DNA of 64,000 bases from Pseudomonadota bacterium. GTDB lineage: Bacteria > Myxococcota > JACRCW01 > JAFGSX01. The stretch spans positions 64,001-128,000 of the forward strand of contig JBDRCO010000051.1 in NCBI GenBank assembly GCA_043821645.1. Direction: 5' to 3'. The notes beneath the pieces are model-generated. The model had not been told where the DNA came from, ran no database searches, and saw nothing but the letters and a program-made list of their open reading frames with translations. Of this stretch, positions 19,055 to 28,576 are shown in pieces (position 1 is the stretch's first letter; each line of letters starts with the position of its first letter). Position numbers and translations under genes: made by a program.

Positions 19055-20629
19055 ATGCCAAAAGAGCCGATGATTCCTGACGATCTCAGCGTCCCCGACG
19101 ACGAGAAGTCCTCGCGCGCCGCTCTCTCCAGTGCGGCTGTGCCCGCCTCGCCCCCGGAGCCCACGGCAACCGCCAGCGTGGACATCGTGCCACCGGCCGC
19201 TGCGCCTCCGGCGCCTGCGCCCGCCGTGGAGCTGTTCCGACCACCGAGCGACGACATGACGACGGCTTATGGCATCCCGGCGCCCCCGGCTGCGCCGACT
19301 GCGGCGACCATCGAGCACGATCCGCTCCCGGTCTCCATGTACGGCATCATCCCGCCTCCGGAATCCCTCGGATCCGGCGACGACGACGACGATGACCTGG
19401 TGGCGTGGAAGAGCCGACCCCGGAGCGGCTCGCCGCGCCTGCGCCAGGCCCTGTGGGTGCTGGCTGCCGCTGCCCTGTTCGGTGCCACGCTTTCCGCGGT
19501 GTCGACGGCGGACTTCGTGCAGCACCTCGACAGGCAGGTGCACAGCATCCACTGCTCCATCATCCCGGGCGCGGGCCAGAGCTTCGCCGACAGCGGCTGC
19601 AAGGCCGCGCTGATGAGCCCCTACTCGTCGGTGCTGCGCACGACCCTGTGGGGCGGTCTGCCCATCGCTCTGCTGGCCCTGGCCGTGTTCGCCTACCTGG
19701 TGTACCGCGCCGTGGACTTCTCGCTGCGGCCACAGATCACCAGGCGCGAGACCATGTTCCTGATAGCTGCGACCGGGCTGCCCGTCGCCATGAGCGCCAT
19801 CTACGGCACCATCTCGGCAACCCGGGTCGGCGCCCTGTGCTCGGTATGCCTGGGCATGTACCTCAGCTCGGCCCTGGCCCTGGCCGCGGCGGTGTTCGCA
19901 CACCGTCAGGCCTCGGCGGCGCCCCTGGACGGGCAGGGACAGAAGCCTTTTTTACGGTGGTTCGGCGAGGGCGTGCTCTTCGTGTGCGTGCTCGGCGGCC
20001 TGCATCTGGCCCTGGCCCCCACCAGCGAGCGCAGCCTCAAGGGTTGCGGCACCCTGGTCAAGAAGGACGATCCCGCCCGGGTGCTGCTCCACCTTGGCGG
20101 TCGCCACCAGGGCGTGGACAGCGTGGCCGTGATGGATCCGCTGTGCGCGGCCTGCAAGGGCTTTGACGGGCGCCTGGCCCAGAGCGGGCTGCGCGATCGT
20201 CTGAACCTGCGTACCGTGCTCATGCCCCTGGACTCGAGCTGCAACTGGATGGTCAAGCAGAGCGTGCACCCGGGCGCCTGCGCCGTGTCCGAGGCCATGC
20301 TGTGCGACGCCGAGCGCGCCGAAGAGGTGCTCAGCTATGCCTTCGAGCAGCAGGCGGACCTGATTGCCCTGGCGCGCAAGGACGAGAAGGCCCTGCGCAC
20401 CCAGCTCGAGAACCGGTTCCCCCACGTCAAGGGCTGCCTGGGCACCCCCGCGATCAAGAACAAGCTCAACAAGAGCCTGCGCTGGACCGTGGCCAATGCC
20501 CTGCCCGTGCTCACCCCGCAGCTCTTTGTCGGTGACACCCGGGTCTGCGACGAGGACACGGACCTGGGACTGGAGTTCACCGTGGCGGCGCTGCTCGAGC
20601 AGCCGGCCGCCACAAGGAGCCGACGATGA
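19055..20629 (+). CDS. VKOR (vitamin K epoxide reductase)-family membrane protein fused to DsbA/thioredoxin domain, Pro-rich N-terminus
   Basis: VKOR loop Cys pair (HCS...SGCKAALMSPYS), TM helices, CSVC; thioredoxin DPLCAAC, DSSCN, LTP cis-Pro loop. Confidence 0.88.
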   Translation: MPKEPMIPDDLSVPDDEKSSRAALSSAAVPASPPEPTATASVDIVPPAAAPPAPAPAVELFRPPSDDMTTAYGIPAPPAAPTAATIEHDPLPVSMYGIIPPPESLGSGDDDDDDLVAWKSRPRSGSPRLRQALWVLAAAALFGATLSAVSTADFVQHLDRQVHSIHCSIIPGAGQSFADSGCKAALMSPYSSVLRTTLWGGLPIALLALAVFAYLVYRAVDFSLRPQITRRETMFLIAATGLPVAMSAIYGTISATRVGALCSVCLGMYLSSALALAAAVFAHRQASAAPLDGQGQKPFLRWFGEGVLFVCVLGGLHLALAPTSERSLKGCGTLVKKDDPARVLLHLGGRHQGVDSVAVMDPLCAACKGFDGRLAQSGLRDRLNLRTVLMPLDSSCNWMVKQSVHPGACAVSEAMLCDAERAEEVLSYAFEQQADLIALARKDEKALRTQLENRFPHVKGCLGTPAIKNKLNKSLRWTVANALPVLTPQLFVGDTRVCDEDTDLGLEFTVAALLEQPAATRSRR

Positions 20630-21315
20630 GCATGCCGACGAGCACTCGCACCCTGCTGCTGCTCGGTGTTGCCCTGGGCATCCCGGCCCTGTTCGAGGTG
20701 GTGTGGCTGAACAAGGCCTCGGCCAGCCTCCGGGCTGCCCCCGAGGCTGCCTCCGAGGTCGCCATCGCCACCGCCAGCGACGTCGAGTACTGCAGCCCGG
20801 CGCTCAAGGCCGTGCTGCGCCGCGTGGCCTCGGCCTGCGGTCTGGTGGAGAGCGGTGCCCGCGGCTGCAAGCCCACAGACGCCAAGATGGTGGCCGCGCT
20901 GTCAGGCGGCGATTTCAATGCGCTGTTCAAGCCCCTGAGCGACCGCGCACGCATCCTCCAGTTCGACGTGGACGCCGTGGAGCTCGACGAGGGCGCGCGG
21001 ACAGTGGTCGATCAAGTCTGGAGCGACCAGCGCGGCGCCAGCTTCTTCTTCGTGGTGTCCCGGGCCAGTCCGGACGGCGATACCGAGTACAACCAGCAGC
21101 TCTCGGCCCAGCGCGCCCAGGCGGTGTTCGATCACCTGGACAGGACCTTCAAGGACCCGGAGCTGCGACGCGAGGTGGGCCTGCTGTGGCTGGGCGAGGA
21201 GTTTGCACAGCTCGGCAAGGAGTTCTGCACCTGGCAACGCAGCCGTGAAGGTGAGTGCAGCTCCAACGACATCAACCGCAGCGCCTTCGTGGCGTGGATA
21301 GATTGCGCGATATGA
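20626..21315 (+). CDS. Cys-rich OmpA-like (peptidoglycan-binding C-terminal domain-like) protein
   Basis: LQFDVDAVELD ... SRASPDGDTEYNQQLSAQRAQAV ... GE ... NR; six Cys; ATGA overlaps on both sides. Confidence 0.75.
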   Translation: MSMPTSTRTLLLLGVALGIPALFEVVWLNKASASLRAAPEAASEVAIATASDVEYCSPALKAVLRRVASACGLVESGARGCKPTDAKMVAALSGGDFNALFKPLSDRARILQFDVDAVELDEGARTVVDQVWSDQRGASFFFVVSRASPDGDTEYNQQLSAQRAQAVFDHLDRTFKDPELRREVGLLWLGEEFAQLGKEFCTWQRSREGECSSNDINRSAFVAWIDCAI

Positions 21316-21950
21316 GGCACGACAACCGTCATGCCCTTCATGGTGTGGTGCGAGTCCTGGTTCTCGCGAGCCTGACTCTCACCGCCTGCCCCGACGACAA
21401 GGAAGCGCCGGGCAGTGCTCCCTCGCGCTTTGCCGGTGTGAATAGCGATCAGAACGCCCGCGCCATCCGCGCCTTCTGCGAGAAGTCCTTTGCCGCGAAG
21501 GGTGCCGGCAGCCTGCGTCTGCCCGAGCTGCCCGAGAAGGCCTTGCCCGTGGCCAGGCCCGCCGTGGCCACAGCCCGGGGCTGGCGCTGGATCAACCTGT
21601 GGGCCACCTGGTGCACGCCCTGCGTCGAGGAGATGCCGCTGCTGCAGCGCTGGCTGGACAGCCTGACCCGCGACGGCGTGGCGGTGAAGATCGAGCTGTG
21701 GAGCGCCGACGACGACCAGGAGGCGCTTGCCCAGGCCCTGCGCGAACGCAAGCTCCCTGGCGAGCAGCACTGGCTGGGAGGCAACGAGGCTCTGTCGAAG
21801 GTGCTCGAGGCCGTGCAAGCTGGCCAGGGCGCGGCATTGCCGGTGCATCTGTTCGTCGACGACCAGAACCAGCTGAGATGCCTGCGCGTGGGCTCGGTGC
21901 ACGAGGCCGACTACGGGGCGATCAAGACCTTGCTGACGAGCGGTGGCTAG
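21312..21950 (+). CDS. TlpA/ResA-family thioredoxin lipoprotein
   Basis: ATG 21312 (ATGA overlap); lipobox LTAC; INLWATWCTPCVEEMPLL; LPVHLFVD. Confidence 0.9.
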   Translation: MRHDNRHALHGVVRVLVLASLTLTACPDDKEAPGSAPSRFAGVNSDQNARAIRAFCEKSFAAKGAGSLRLPELPEKALPVARPAVATARGWRWINLWATWCTPCVEEMPLLQRWLDSLTRDGVAVKIELWSADDDQEALAQALRERKLPGEQHWLGGNEALSKVLEAVQAGQGAALPVHLFVDDQNQLRCLRVGSVHEADYGAIKTLLTSGG

Positions 21951-22807
21951 CCGAAGTCCGCGATGCTCCAGTCCGGGTCGCTACCAGCGAGCAGATCCTT
22001 GCCGTTCCTGAGCGCCTCGGCGATCCCCTTGAAGCTGTCGAACTCCCCGTCGCTGCTGGCTCCGGGGAACAGTGCCGCGACGGCATCATTGGCGTCGACG
22101 AAGTTCATGCTCAGGCCCAGCCGGCGGGTCTCGCCACTCTGCCTGTCGACCACGACCACGCTCAGCTGCGGCTCATCCTCGGTCTCCAGCACGCCGTAGA
22201 CCGCGTGCTTGTCCGGATCGAAGGCAAAGCTGTTCAGGTCCTGGATCTCGGGCAGGCTGGGGTTGTAGTCAAAGGCGCGCAGGGCCTGGATCAGCGTGCC
22301 TCCGTCCTCGGCGCTCAGGGCGTAGGCATGCAGGCCGACATTGCCGCCCTCGACGTCGTGAAAGAGCCCGTCGTCACCGGCGTTGGCCTTGACGAAGGCC
22401 AGAGCCTCGGGGTCGGTTGCGGCCCCGGCACCACCGTCGACGGGTGCTGCCTTCGCGAGCTCCTTCGCCAGCTCGACCGCCAGCTTGCCGGTGGTCGACA
22501 TCTTGGCGATCTCGGCCTTGGACAGGCCGTTGTTGTTCAGGTCGTACTTGCCGATGAGCTTGTCCTTGGCGTAGGCCAGGGCCTTGTCGATATCGTTCTT
22601 GGTGACACGCGCGCCGGGCACGTGGTCGCGGTGGTCGATGAAGCGAAAGAAGATGTCCGTGAGCTGCTTTTCGGTGCCCTCGAGCTGACCGAGCTTCTTC
22701 TCGATGTCGGCGCGGCTGGCAATGCCGTCGGGTTTCGAGGCATCGAGAATGTTCTGGGCTGCGCGCTGCAACGCGGTGTTGACGTCCGTCTTGGAGATGC
22801 GCGGCAT
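21947..22807 (-). CDS. Hypothetical protein with EF-hand-like helical N-terminal domain
   Basis: ATG 22807 after CAGGAGG; DGIASRADI and DLNNNGLSKAEI loops; C-terminal domain not recognised. Confidence 0.75.
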   Translation of the reverse strand: MPRISKTDVNTALQRAAQNILDASKPDGIASRADIEKKLGQLEGTEKQLTDIFFRFIDHRDHVPGARVTKNDIDKALAYAKDKLIGKYDLNNNGLSKAEIAKMSTTGKLAVELAKELAKAAPVDGGAGAATDPEALAFVKANAGDDGLFHDVEGGNVGLHAYALSAEDGGTLIQALRAFDYNPSLPEIQDLNSFAFDPDKHAVYGVLETEDEPQLSVVVVDRQSGETRRLGLSMNFVDANDAVAALFPGASSDGEFDSFKGIAEALRNGKDLLAGSDPDWSIADFG

Positions 22808-22921
22808 GAGGACCTCCTGGTCAGTCAAAACGAGGGGGGGAGGGTGGAGTACTGGACTCATTATCTCCGAGGGCAGGATCTTGGAGCCGGACTTGCGCGA
22901 TCGCGAAAATACTTATCCGTA

Positions 22922-24499
22922 TCAAGCTGTTGAACCCTTTCGCTCGACCGCCTCGGCCGCCCGGGTGCCCTCGCGCCCGAAGTCGTCGGCCACGCGCACC
23001 ACGTCCCACAAAAAGGGCAATGAGCTCTCGAACAGCAGACTGTCCTCGAGTGCCTGCAGCCGGTGTAATCGCCCGGGTTCGACGTGGATGGCCTGGCCCG
23101 CTTCCATGGTGACCGAGGTCAGGGCCTCGCCCCGGGGCGCGGTCTCGAGGATGACCGTGCCCTGGTGCAGGTAGATCACCTCTTCCTTGACCACGTGGTA
23201 CTGCAGACTGAGGCGCTTGCCCTTCTCGAGAAACAGCGTCTTGCCGGCAAAGTCCTTGGTCCAGCCCCACCACAGCTCCCAGCCCCAGGGCTTCATCACC
23301 TTCTGCGGTGTGACCATGCCGCCCTGGCGCTCGGGCTCCGGCATGCGGGACACCAGGTCCTTCAGGGACTCGACCAGCGAGCGCGGCGCCACCAGGGTGT
23401 CCGTGTGGGTATGGATGATCGCCAGGTCATTGACGCCAAAGAGCGTGACCCGGTGACCGCGCCGGTTGTTGAACACCAGGTTGTCGTGGGCCTTGTAGGT
23501 GAAGACCTCGCCCAGGGCCAGGTCCTCGTCCTTGTCACCCTGGCGCGGCTCTCGTGGTTGCCAGCGATCCTGCCAGGCCTCGTCGTGCCAGTTGTGGGCA
23601 TGTCCGAACACACGGTTGCCACTGTCGTCGGGATCCAGCTTCTCGCCGAAGGCGGTCCAGCCACCCAGGTCACTCCAGTAGAAATCTCCCTCGACCACCC
23701 GTACCCGCCCGAGTTCGCCCTCGGCCTGCATCACACCGTAGTCGATCGAGATCTTGGGCAGCTTGAGAAAGACCTCGCGCAGCCTGTCGTCGAAGCCAGG
23801 CGTGCCTCGGCTGGCAACGACGGGAGGCAAGAGCCCGGCATGCTGTGGCAGGTGCCTGGACACCGCGCTGGCGATGGCGTCGGGGCGCCAGATGAACATG
23901 CCGCCGTTCCAGTAATACTGCCCGCTGTCGACGTATTTTTTGGCCGTGACCGCATCGGGCTTCTCGACGAAGGCGGCGACACCCGAGCGCACGAAGCCGG
24001 GATCCGACTCGAGGATGGAGCCTCGCTGCAGGTAGCCGTACACCGTGGTCGGCCGCGACGGCTTGAGGCCGATGGTGTACAGCATTCCATCCTCGGCGGC
24101 GGCCTCGGCGGCGTAGGCAACGACCTCGCGGAAGCGCCCGTCCGGCGCAATCTCGTGGTCCGCAGGCAACACGATCTGCACGGCACCTGGCCAGCGCTCG
24201 GCGGCCAGACTGGCTCCCAGGGCAATGGCCGCTGCCGTGTCGCGCAGCAGCGGTTCGCCCACCACCGCGTCCGCCGGCAGCTCGGGCAGCTGGGTTCGCA
24301 CGACCGCCATGTACTCGTGGTTGGTCAGCACCATCACACGATCGGCGCCGGTGAGCGCGGAGATGCGGGCAAAGGTCTGCTGCAGCAGGGTCTGCTCGGG
24401 GTGCGCCAGAGGCAGGAACTGCTTGGGCAGCAGCTCGTTGCTCCAGGGCCAGAAGCGGGTGCCGTGGCCGCCCGCCATGATCAATGCACACAGGTTCAT
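22922..24499 (-). CDS. manC: Mannose-1-phosphate guanylyltransferase with C-terminal cupin (ManC-like)
   Basis: IMAGGHGTRFWP, PKQFL, EP..RDTA, PADH, FVEKPD, WNGGMF, SIDYGVM, WSDLG; cupin KPWG...LSLQYH. Confidence 0.9.
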   Translation of the reverse strand: MNLCALIMAGGHGTRFWPWSNELLPKQFLPLAHPEQTLLQQTFARISALTGADRVMVLTNHEYMAVVRTQLPELPADAVVGEPLLRDTAAAIALGASLAAERWPGAVQIVLPADHEIAPDGRFREVVAYAAEAAAEDGMLYTIGLKPSRPTTVYGYLQRGSILESDPGFVRSGVAAFVEKPDAVTAKKYVDSGQYYWNGGMFIWRPDAIASAVSRHLPQHAGLLPPVVASRGTPGFDDRLREVFLKLPKISIDYGVMQAEGELGRVRVVEGDFYWSDLGGWTAFGEKLDPDDSGNRVFGHAHNWHDEAWQDRWQPREPRQGDKDEDLALGEVFTYKAHDNLVFNNRRGHRVTLFGVNDLAIIHTHTDTLVAPRSLVESLKDLVSRMPEPERQGGMVTPQKVMKPWGWELWWGWTKDFAGKTLFLEKGKRLSLQYHVVKEEVIYLHQGTVILETAPRGEALTSVTMEAGQAIHVEPGRLHRLQALEDSLLFESSLPFLWDVVRVADDFGREGTRAAEAVERKGSTA

Positions 24500-24636
24500 G
24501 CTTGCTCTCCGTCCCAGCTGCGACCATGCAGGCGCTCCCTGCCACCGGCGCCGGCCCGGTCGCGCAGAGGGCGGTTAGCCTAGCAGGGCGATTTCATGAG
24601 GATCGACCAAAATTCCTGGCCCGGAAGGCAGCGAGC

Positions 24637-26904
24637 CTAGGTCGCGACTTCCAGCTCGCAGAAGGGGGGGGCTGGACGCGCGAACAGGTAGCCCTGGATC
24701 AGGTCGCAGCCGAGCGCCAGAACCACGTCCCGCTCGTGGACGGTCTCGATCCCCTCGGCGACGACGCGCATGCCCTCGCCGCGGGCGTAGTCGATGATGT
24801 GCTTGATCAGTCGAGCCGAGCGGCTGTTGCTGTCGATGTCGCGCACCAGCCTCATGTCGATCTTGACGAAGTCGGGCTCGAGCAGAGCCAGGGAGTTGAG
24901 CCCCGAGTAGCCCGCGCCCAGGTCGTCGAGGGCAATGTAGAAGCCGAGGTGGCGCAAGCGCTGGATCAGATCCCGCACGCGGTCGTACTCCTTGATCTCC
25001 GCGCTCTCGGTAATCTCCAGGACGATGCGCTCGCGCTGCGGACAGGTGTGAGCCCAGGTCACCAGCTCGTCCGACAGTTCGAGCGGGTGCAGGTTGACGA
25101 ACAACAGGCGCGGCGCTGGCAGACGGTCCAGGGGGACCATGGCGAGCGCACGCATCACCGGGCCCAGGTCACCGATGCGGCCGCGACGCTCGGCCACCTC
25201 GAGCAGTTCCAGGGGATTGCCGAATACGCCGTCATCCGGGCGACACAGGGCCTCGTAGCCCAGGATCCGCATGGCCCGCGCGTCGACGATGGGCTGGTAC
25301 ACGTAGCGCATCAGGCGCTCCCGGATCAGCCGGTCGAGGGCCACGATGCGTCCCAGTTCACTGGAACTCCGGGGCTCGGCCATGGCCTGCAGCGACGGCG
25401 AGTAGGCGATGGTCTGGTCGCCACCGAGGTGCTTGGCCGTGAACAGCGCGGTCTCGGCGGCGTGGATCAGCCCGGCACGCGCCGTCCCGTCCTCGGGGAA
25501 GCCCGCCACGCCGATGGACACGCTCACCCGCGGCAAGCCAGCGGCCGCAAAATCGTGTGCGTTGACAGCCGTGCGCACGCGCTCGGCCGCCACCGAGGCA
25601 CCACGCTTGTGGGTCTCGGGCAGCAGCACCGCGAAGGTGTCGCCGTCGTAGCGCGTGACCGTGCCGCGCTCGGAGATGCGCGCCCCCATGTCGGTGCCCC
25701 GGCCCGCGCCGCGGAGCAGGTCGGCGAGCAGGCACAGCACGCTGTTCCCCGCCGTGTGGCCATGCGCGTCGTTGATGGCGCGGAAGCCGTCGATGTTGAG
25801 CAGGAGCAGTCCGAAGCTCAAGTTGTGACGGCGCGAGCGCCGGATCTCCAGCTCTGCCTGCTCCTGCAGGTAGGCGTGGTTGTAGAGACTGGTCAGGGGG
25901 TCCCGCACGACGAGCTTCTCGAGTTCATCGTTCTTGTGGCGCAGGGCGTCGTTGGCACTCTCGGCCGCGTCCTTGGCGCCACGCAGATCACGGTTGGCCT
26001 TCTTGAGCTCGCTCAGCAGGTGGGCGTTCTTGACCGCCATGGCGGCCTGCTGTGCAAAGGTGGTGAGCACGTCGAGGTCGCGCTCGCTGAACAGCCCGCT
26101 GCTCATCATCGAGTCGAGGTAGATGAGCCCGACGATCTCGTCCTGAAAGATCATCGGCGCGCACATGATCGAACGCACCTCCGACAGGCGAACACTGTGC
26201 GAGGTGCTGAAGCGCGCGTCACTGGCCGCATCGAGCGACAGGATGGCCTCGCGGCTGTCGAGAGCCTTGCGCAGCACACTGCGCGAGACCTTGACCCGCT
26301 CGCCCTCGACCATGCGGGTGCGGGCGCGCTGCTCGGCGATCTTCTCGCTGCCTGGCTCGAGCAAGAAGATGGCCCCGCGGTCGGCGTGAAACACCTCGAA
26401 CACCGTATCCAGCACGCGCTGCAGGGTGCCGTCGAGGCTGGGGTGCAAGCCCATGGTCCGCGCCAGCCCATAGGCCGCCTTGAGCTTGGCGAGATCGCCC
26501 TCGGTGCCATCCCCGGCGCCGTGCGCGCTGTCGAAGGCAGGACGTGCCGCATCCTGACGGACGCTGATGCGGGCGCTCACGTCGTCAAAATCGATGTCGC
26601 GATCGCTCAGCACCTCGCCCTGCGCTTGCGCAAACAGCAGCTCGGTGCGCCCCACGGTCAGCACGTCACCGTCCTTGAGCGGTGCGCATTCGGCAGGTGC
26701 GCCGTTCAGCAAGGTGACCGCGCCGGTCGCCAGGTGGGTCAACTGGTACTGGCCATCGCGCTGCCGCAGCAACTCGCAGTGAACGCTGGAGGCACTCGCA
26801 TCCGCCACGATCAGGTGGCAACCCGGGTCAGATCCCACGAGCACGCGCTCGCCGAGCTGCGCGCCGGTGTCCTGCAACGCCCCCCGGAGGTGCAGAGTTG
26901 CCAT
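24637..26904 (-). CDS. FHA-GAF-GGDEF(degenerate)-EAL c-di-GMP phosphodiesterase
   Basis: FHA-like N-terminus (SSVHC..LLNG), GAF, RDPLTSLYN, RYDGDTF, EAL domain with YEALCR, NL, EITE, DDLGAGYS, KID, EGIE. Confidence 0.9.
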   Translation of the reverse strand: MATLHLRGALQDTGAQLGERVLVGSDPGCHLIVADASASSVHCELLRQRDGQYQLTHLATGAVTLLNGAPAECAPLKDGDVLTVGRTELLFAQAQGEVLSDRDIDFDDVSARISVRQDAARPAFDSAHGAGDGTEGDLAKLKAAYGLARTMGLHPSLDGTLQRVLDTVFEVFHADRGAIFLLEPGSEKIAEQRARTRMVEGERVKVSRSVLRKALDSREAILSLDAASDARFSTSHSVRLSEVRSIMCAPMIFQDEIVGLIYLDSMMSSGLFSERDLDVLTTFAQQAAMAVKNAHLLSELKKANRDLRGAKDAAESANDALRHKNDELEKLVVRDPLTSLYNHAYLQEQAELEIRRSRRHNLSFGLLLLNIDGFRAINDAHGHTAGNSVLCLLADLLRGAGRGTDMGARISERGTVTRYDGDTFAVLLPETHKRGASVAAERVRTAVNAHDFAAAGLPRVSVSIGVAGFPEDGTARAGLIHAAETALFTAKHLGGDQTIAYSPSLQAMAEPRSSSELGRIVALDRLIRERLMRYVYQPIVDARAMRILGYEALCRPDDGVFGNPLELLEVAERRGRIGDLGPVMRALAMVPLDRLPAPRLLFVNLHPLELSDELVTWAHTCPQRERIVLEITESAEIKEYDRVRDLIQRLRHLGFYIALDDLGAGYSGLNSLALLEPDFVKIDMRLVRDIDSNSRSARLIKHIIDYARGEGMRVVAEGIETVHERDVVLALGCDLIQGYLFARPAPPFCELEVAT

Positions 26905-27014
26905 GGTTCAGACTCTATTCTACCACGGCGCTGGTTCAAAAAAACGGCGCTTCGCGAACTCACCGCCCGGGAACACGAAGCACTCTGGCGCGGCGCACAG
27001 CGTGCAGCTGGAGT

Positions 27015-27491
27015 TCAGAAGGGAAGCACGGGTGAGGGCGCGGAGGTCGGGCCGGGGCCGGGAGGGGCCTCGCCAGGTGGCGGCGAATCCACCATCCCGG
27101 AAGGAGCCGAATCCGGAGCCTTGGTGGCCGTCTCGAGCACGTAGCTGTAGTGGTCCTCAAGCTGCCAGGACCACAGCAGTCCCAGGCAACCGAGCCCCAG
27201 GGTGCAGGTGCCACAGGCCATGGACGCAAGACCGCGCGGCCAGGAGAACTGATCCTGCTGCAGGGTGGCCTGGACGATCTGGTAACCAGGCTTCTGCAGC
27301 ACGATTTCGTATCGATCTCCGCCGCCTGGTGTGTCTTGTAAGGTGAATGGAGTGACACCGACCTGCGTCCCGTTGACGTAGAGCTCGGCACCTGGAGGGT
27401 CGGACTCGATGAGGGCCGTATGAGCACAGCTGCTCGTCCACAGGACCAGCAGGGGCATGGCGAGAGCCTGAGGCGTGGGTTTGCGACGCAT
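27015..27491 (-). CDS. PEGA-domain lipoprotein
   Basis: ATG 27491; lipobox-like TSSC; IESDPPGAELYVNG..VGVTP...KPGY. Confidence 0.8.
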   Translation of the reverse strand: MRRKPTPQALAMPLLVLWTSSCAHTALIESDPPGAELYVNGTQVGVTPFTLQDTPGGGDRYEIVLQKPGYQIVQATLQQDQFSWPRGLASMACGTCTLGLGCLGLLWSWQLEDHYSYVLETATKAPDSAPSGMVDSPPPGEAPPGPGPTSAPSPVLPF

Positions 27492-27541
27492 GATGGCGGA
27501 TGATACGCTGTCGCGGTGACCGGCGAAAGTCGGAGGATGGC

Positions 27542-28576
27542 ATGAAGACACAAGGGTTTCTGGGGCTGGGCTTGATTCTCGGGCTGGCCTGGAGTTCAGA
27601 CGCGTCCGCGGCAGCGAGCCAGCGGCAACCCGTGGCGGTTTTTCCGTTCAAGGTCCTGAACAAGGATCCTCGCGCTGCCCACCTCGGGGAGGGTGCCTCG
27701 GAGCACATCATCACCCACCTGGTGCAGAGCGGCGCCGTCGAGATCGTCGAAGAAGCGCAGCTGGACAAAGCAATCAAGCGCTTGGCCAAGGGACAGACCG
27801 GCTTCTTCGAGGAGAAAAATGCCCTGGAGCTGGGGCGCATGGTCAACGCGCGCTACGTCATTGTCGGTACCGTGCAACTTTTTGGCTACCAGGTGGCCAT
27901 CAACTCGCGCCTGCTCGAGGTGGAGACCAGCAAGCTGGTCATCGCCGAGTCCATTCACGGCAAGTACACGGACATCTTCACGCTGTACGAGAAGCTCGCC
28001 ACCCGCTTGAAGGACTCGCTCATCAACCACCTCTCGATGCTGGTCACCTCGAGCGCGGTGGCCGCGCGCGGCGGCGACACCAACGCGGTCAACATCGTCG
28101 AACTCCTGGCCAAGGGCGAGAAGCTGGATCCGGCGTACGGAGGCAAGGACCTCAAGGGCGCCAACATGATCTACAGGCAGGCCGTGCTGCGCGACCCGGA
28201 CAGTGCCGCCGCGCGACGCCGACTGGCCGGGACCTTCCTGTCCATGGAGCGCTACGATGAGGCCAAGTTCAACCTCGAGAAGGCGGTCGAGGTGGAGCCC
28301 AAACACGCCTGGGCGCAGGCCTATCTCGGCTACTGTCTGCACAAGCAGGACGACGAGGCTGGAGCGCTGGTGCACTACAGCAAGGCCCTCGAGACCAACC
28401 CCAACGACATGCAGACCCGAGCCTGGATGGCGGGCTCCTTGCTCAAGCTGGGGAGGGCGGAGGAAGCCCGCGAAGAATTCAAGCTGGTACTGGCGCGCGA
28501 TCCCTCCAACGACGTGGCGCGCCGTGGTCTGCGCATCGCCGAGCAGTCGATGAGCCAGGCTCGCAAGACGCCCTGA
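27542..28576 (+). CDS. Exported CsgG/FlgO/TolB-N-like domain plus TPR protein
   Basis: RBS GGAGG; signal peptide; VAVFPF..LGEG..E..ALELGRMVNARYVIVG; C-terminal TPRs. Confidence 0.85.
   Translation: MKTQGFLGLGLILGLAWSSDASAAASQRQPVAVFPFKVLNKDPRAAHLGEGASEHIITHLVQSGAVEIVEEAQLDKAIKRLAKGQTGFFEEKNALELGRMVNARYVIVGTVQLFGYQVAINSRLLEVETSKLVIAESIHGKYTDIFTLYEKLATRLKDSLINHLSMLVTSSAVAARGGDTNAVNIVELLAKGEKLDPAYGGKDLKGANMIYRQAVLRDPDSAAARRRLAGTFLSMERYDEAKFNLEKAVEVEPKHAWAQAYLGYCLHKQDDEAGALVHYSKALETNPNDMQTRAWMAGSLLKLGRAEEAREEFKLVLARDPSNDVARRGLRIAEQSMSQARKTP

Noticed and set aside
21947-22807. Nuclease A inhibitor call
   Set aside because: Only the N-terminal module is reminiscent of proteins so annotated; I could not recognise a NuiA domain in the C-terminus.
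23084-27144. Plus-strand ORFs 23084..24583 and 24484..27144
   Set aside because: Antisense shadows of manC and the EAL protein.
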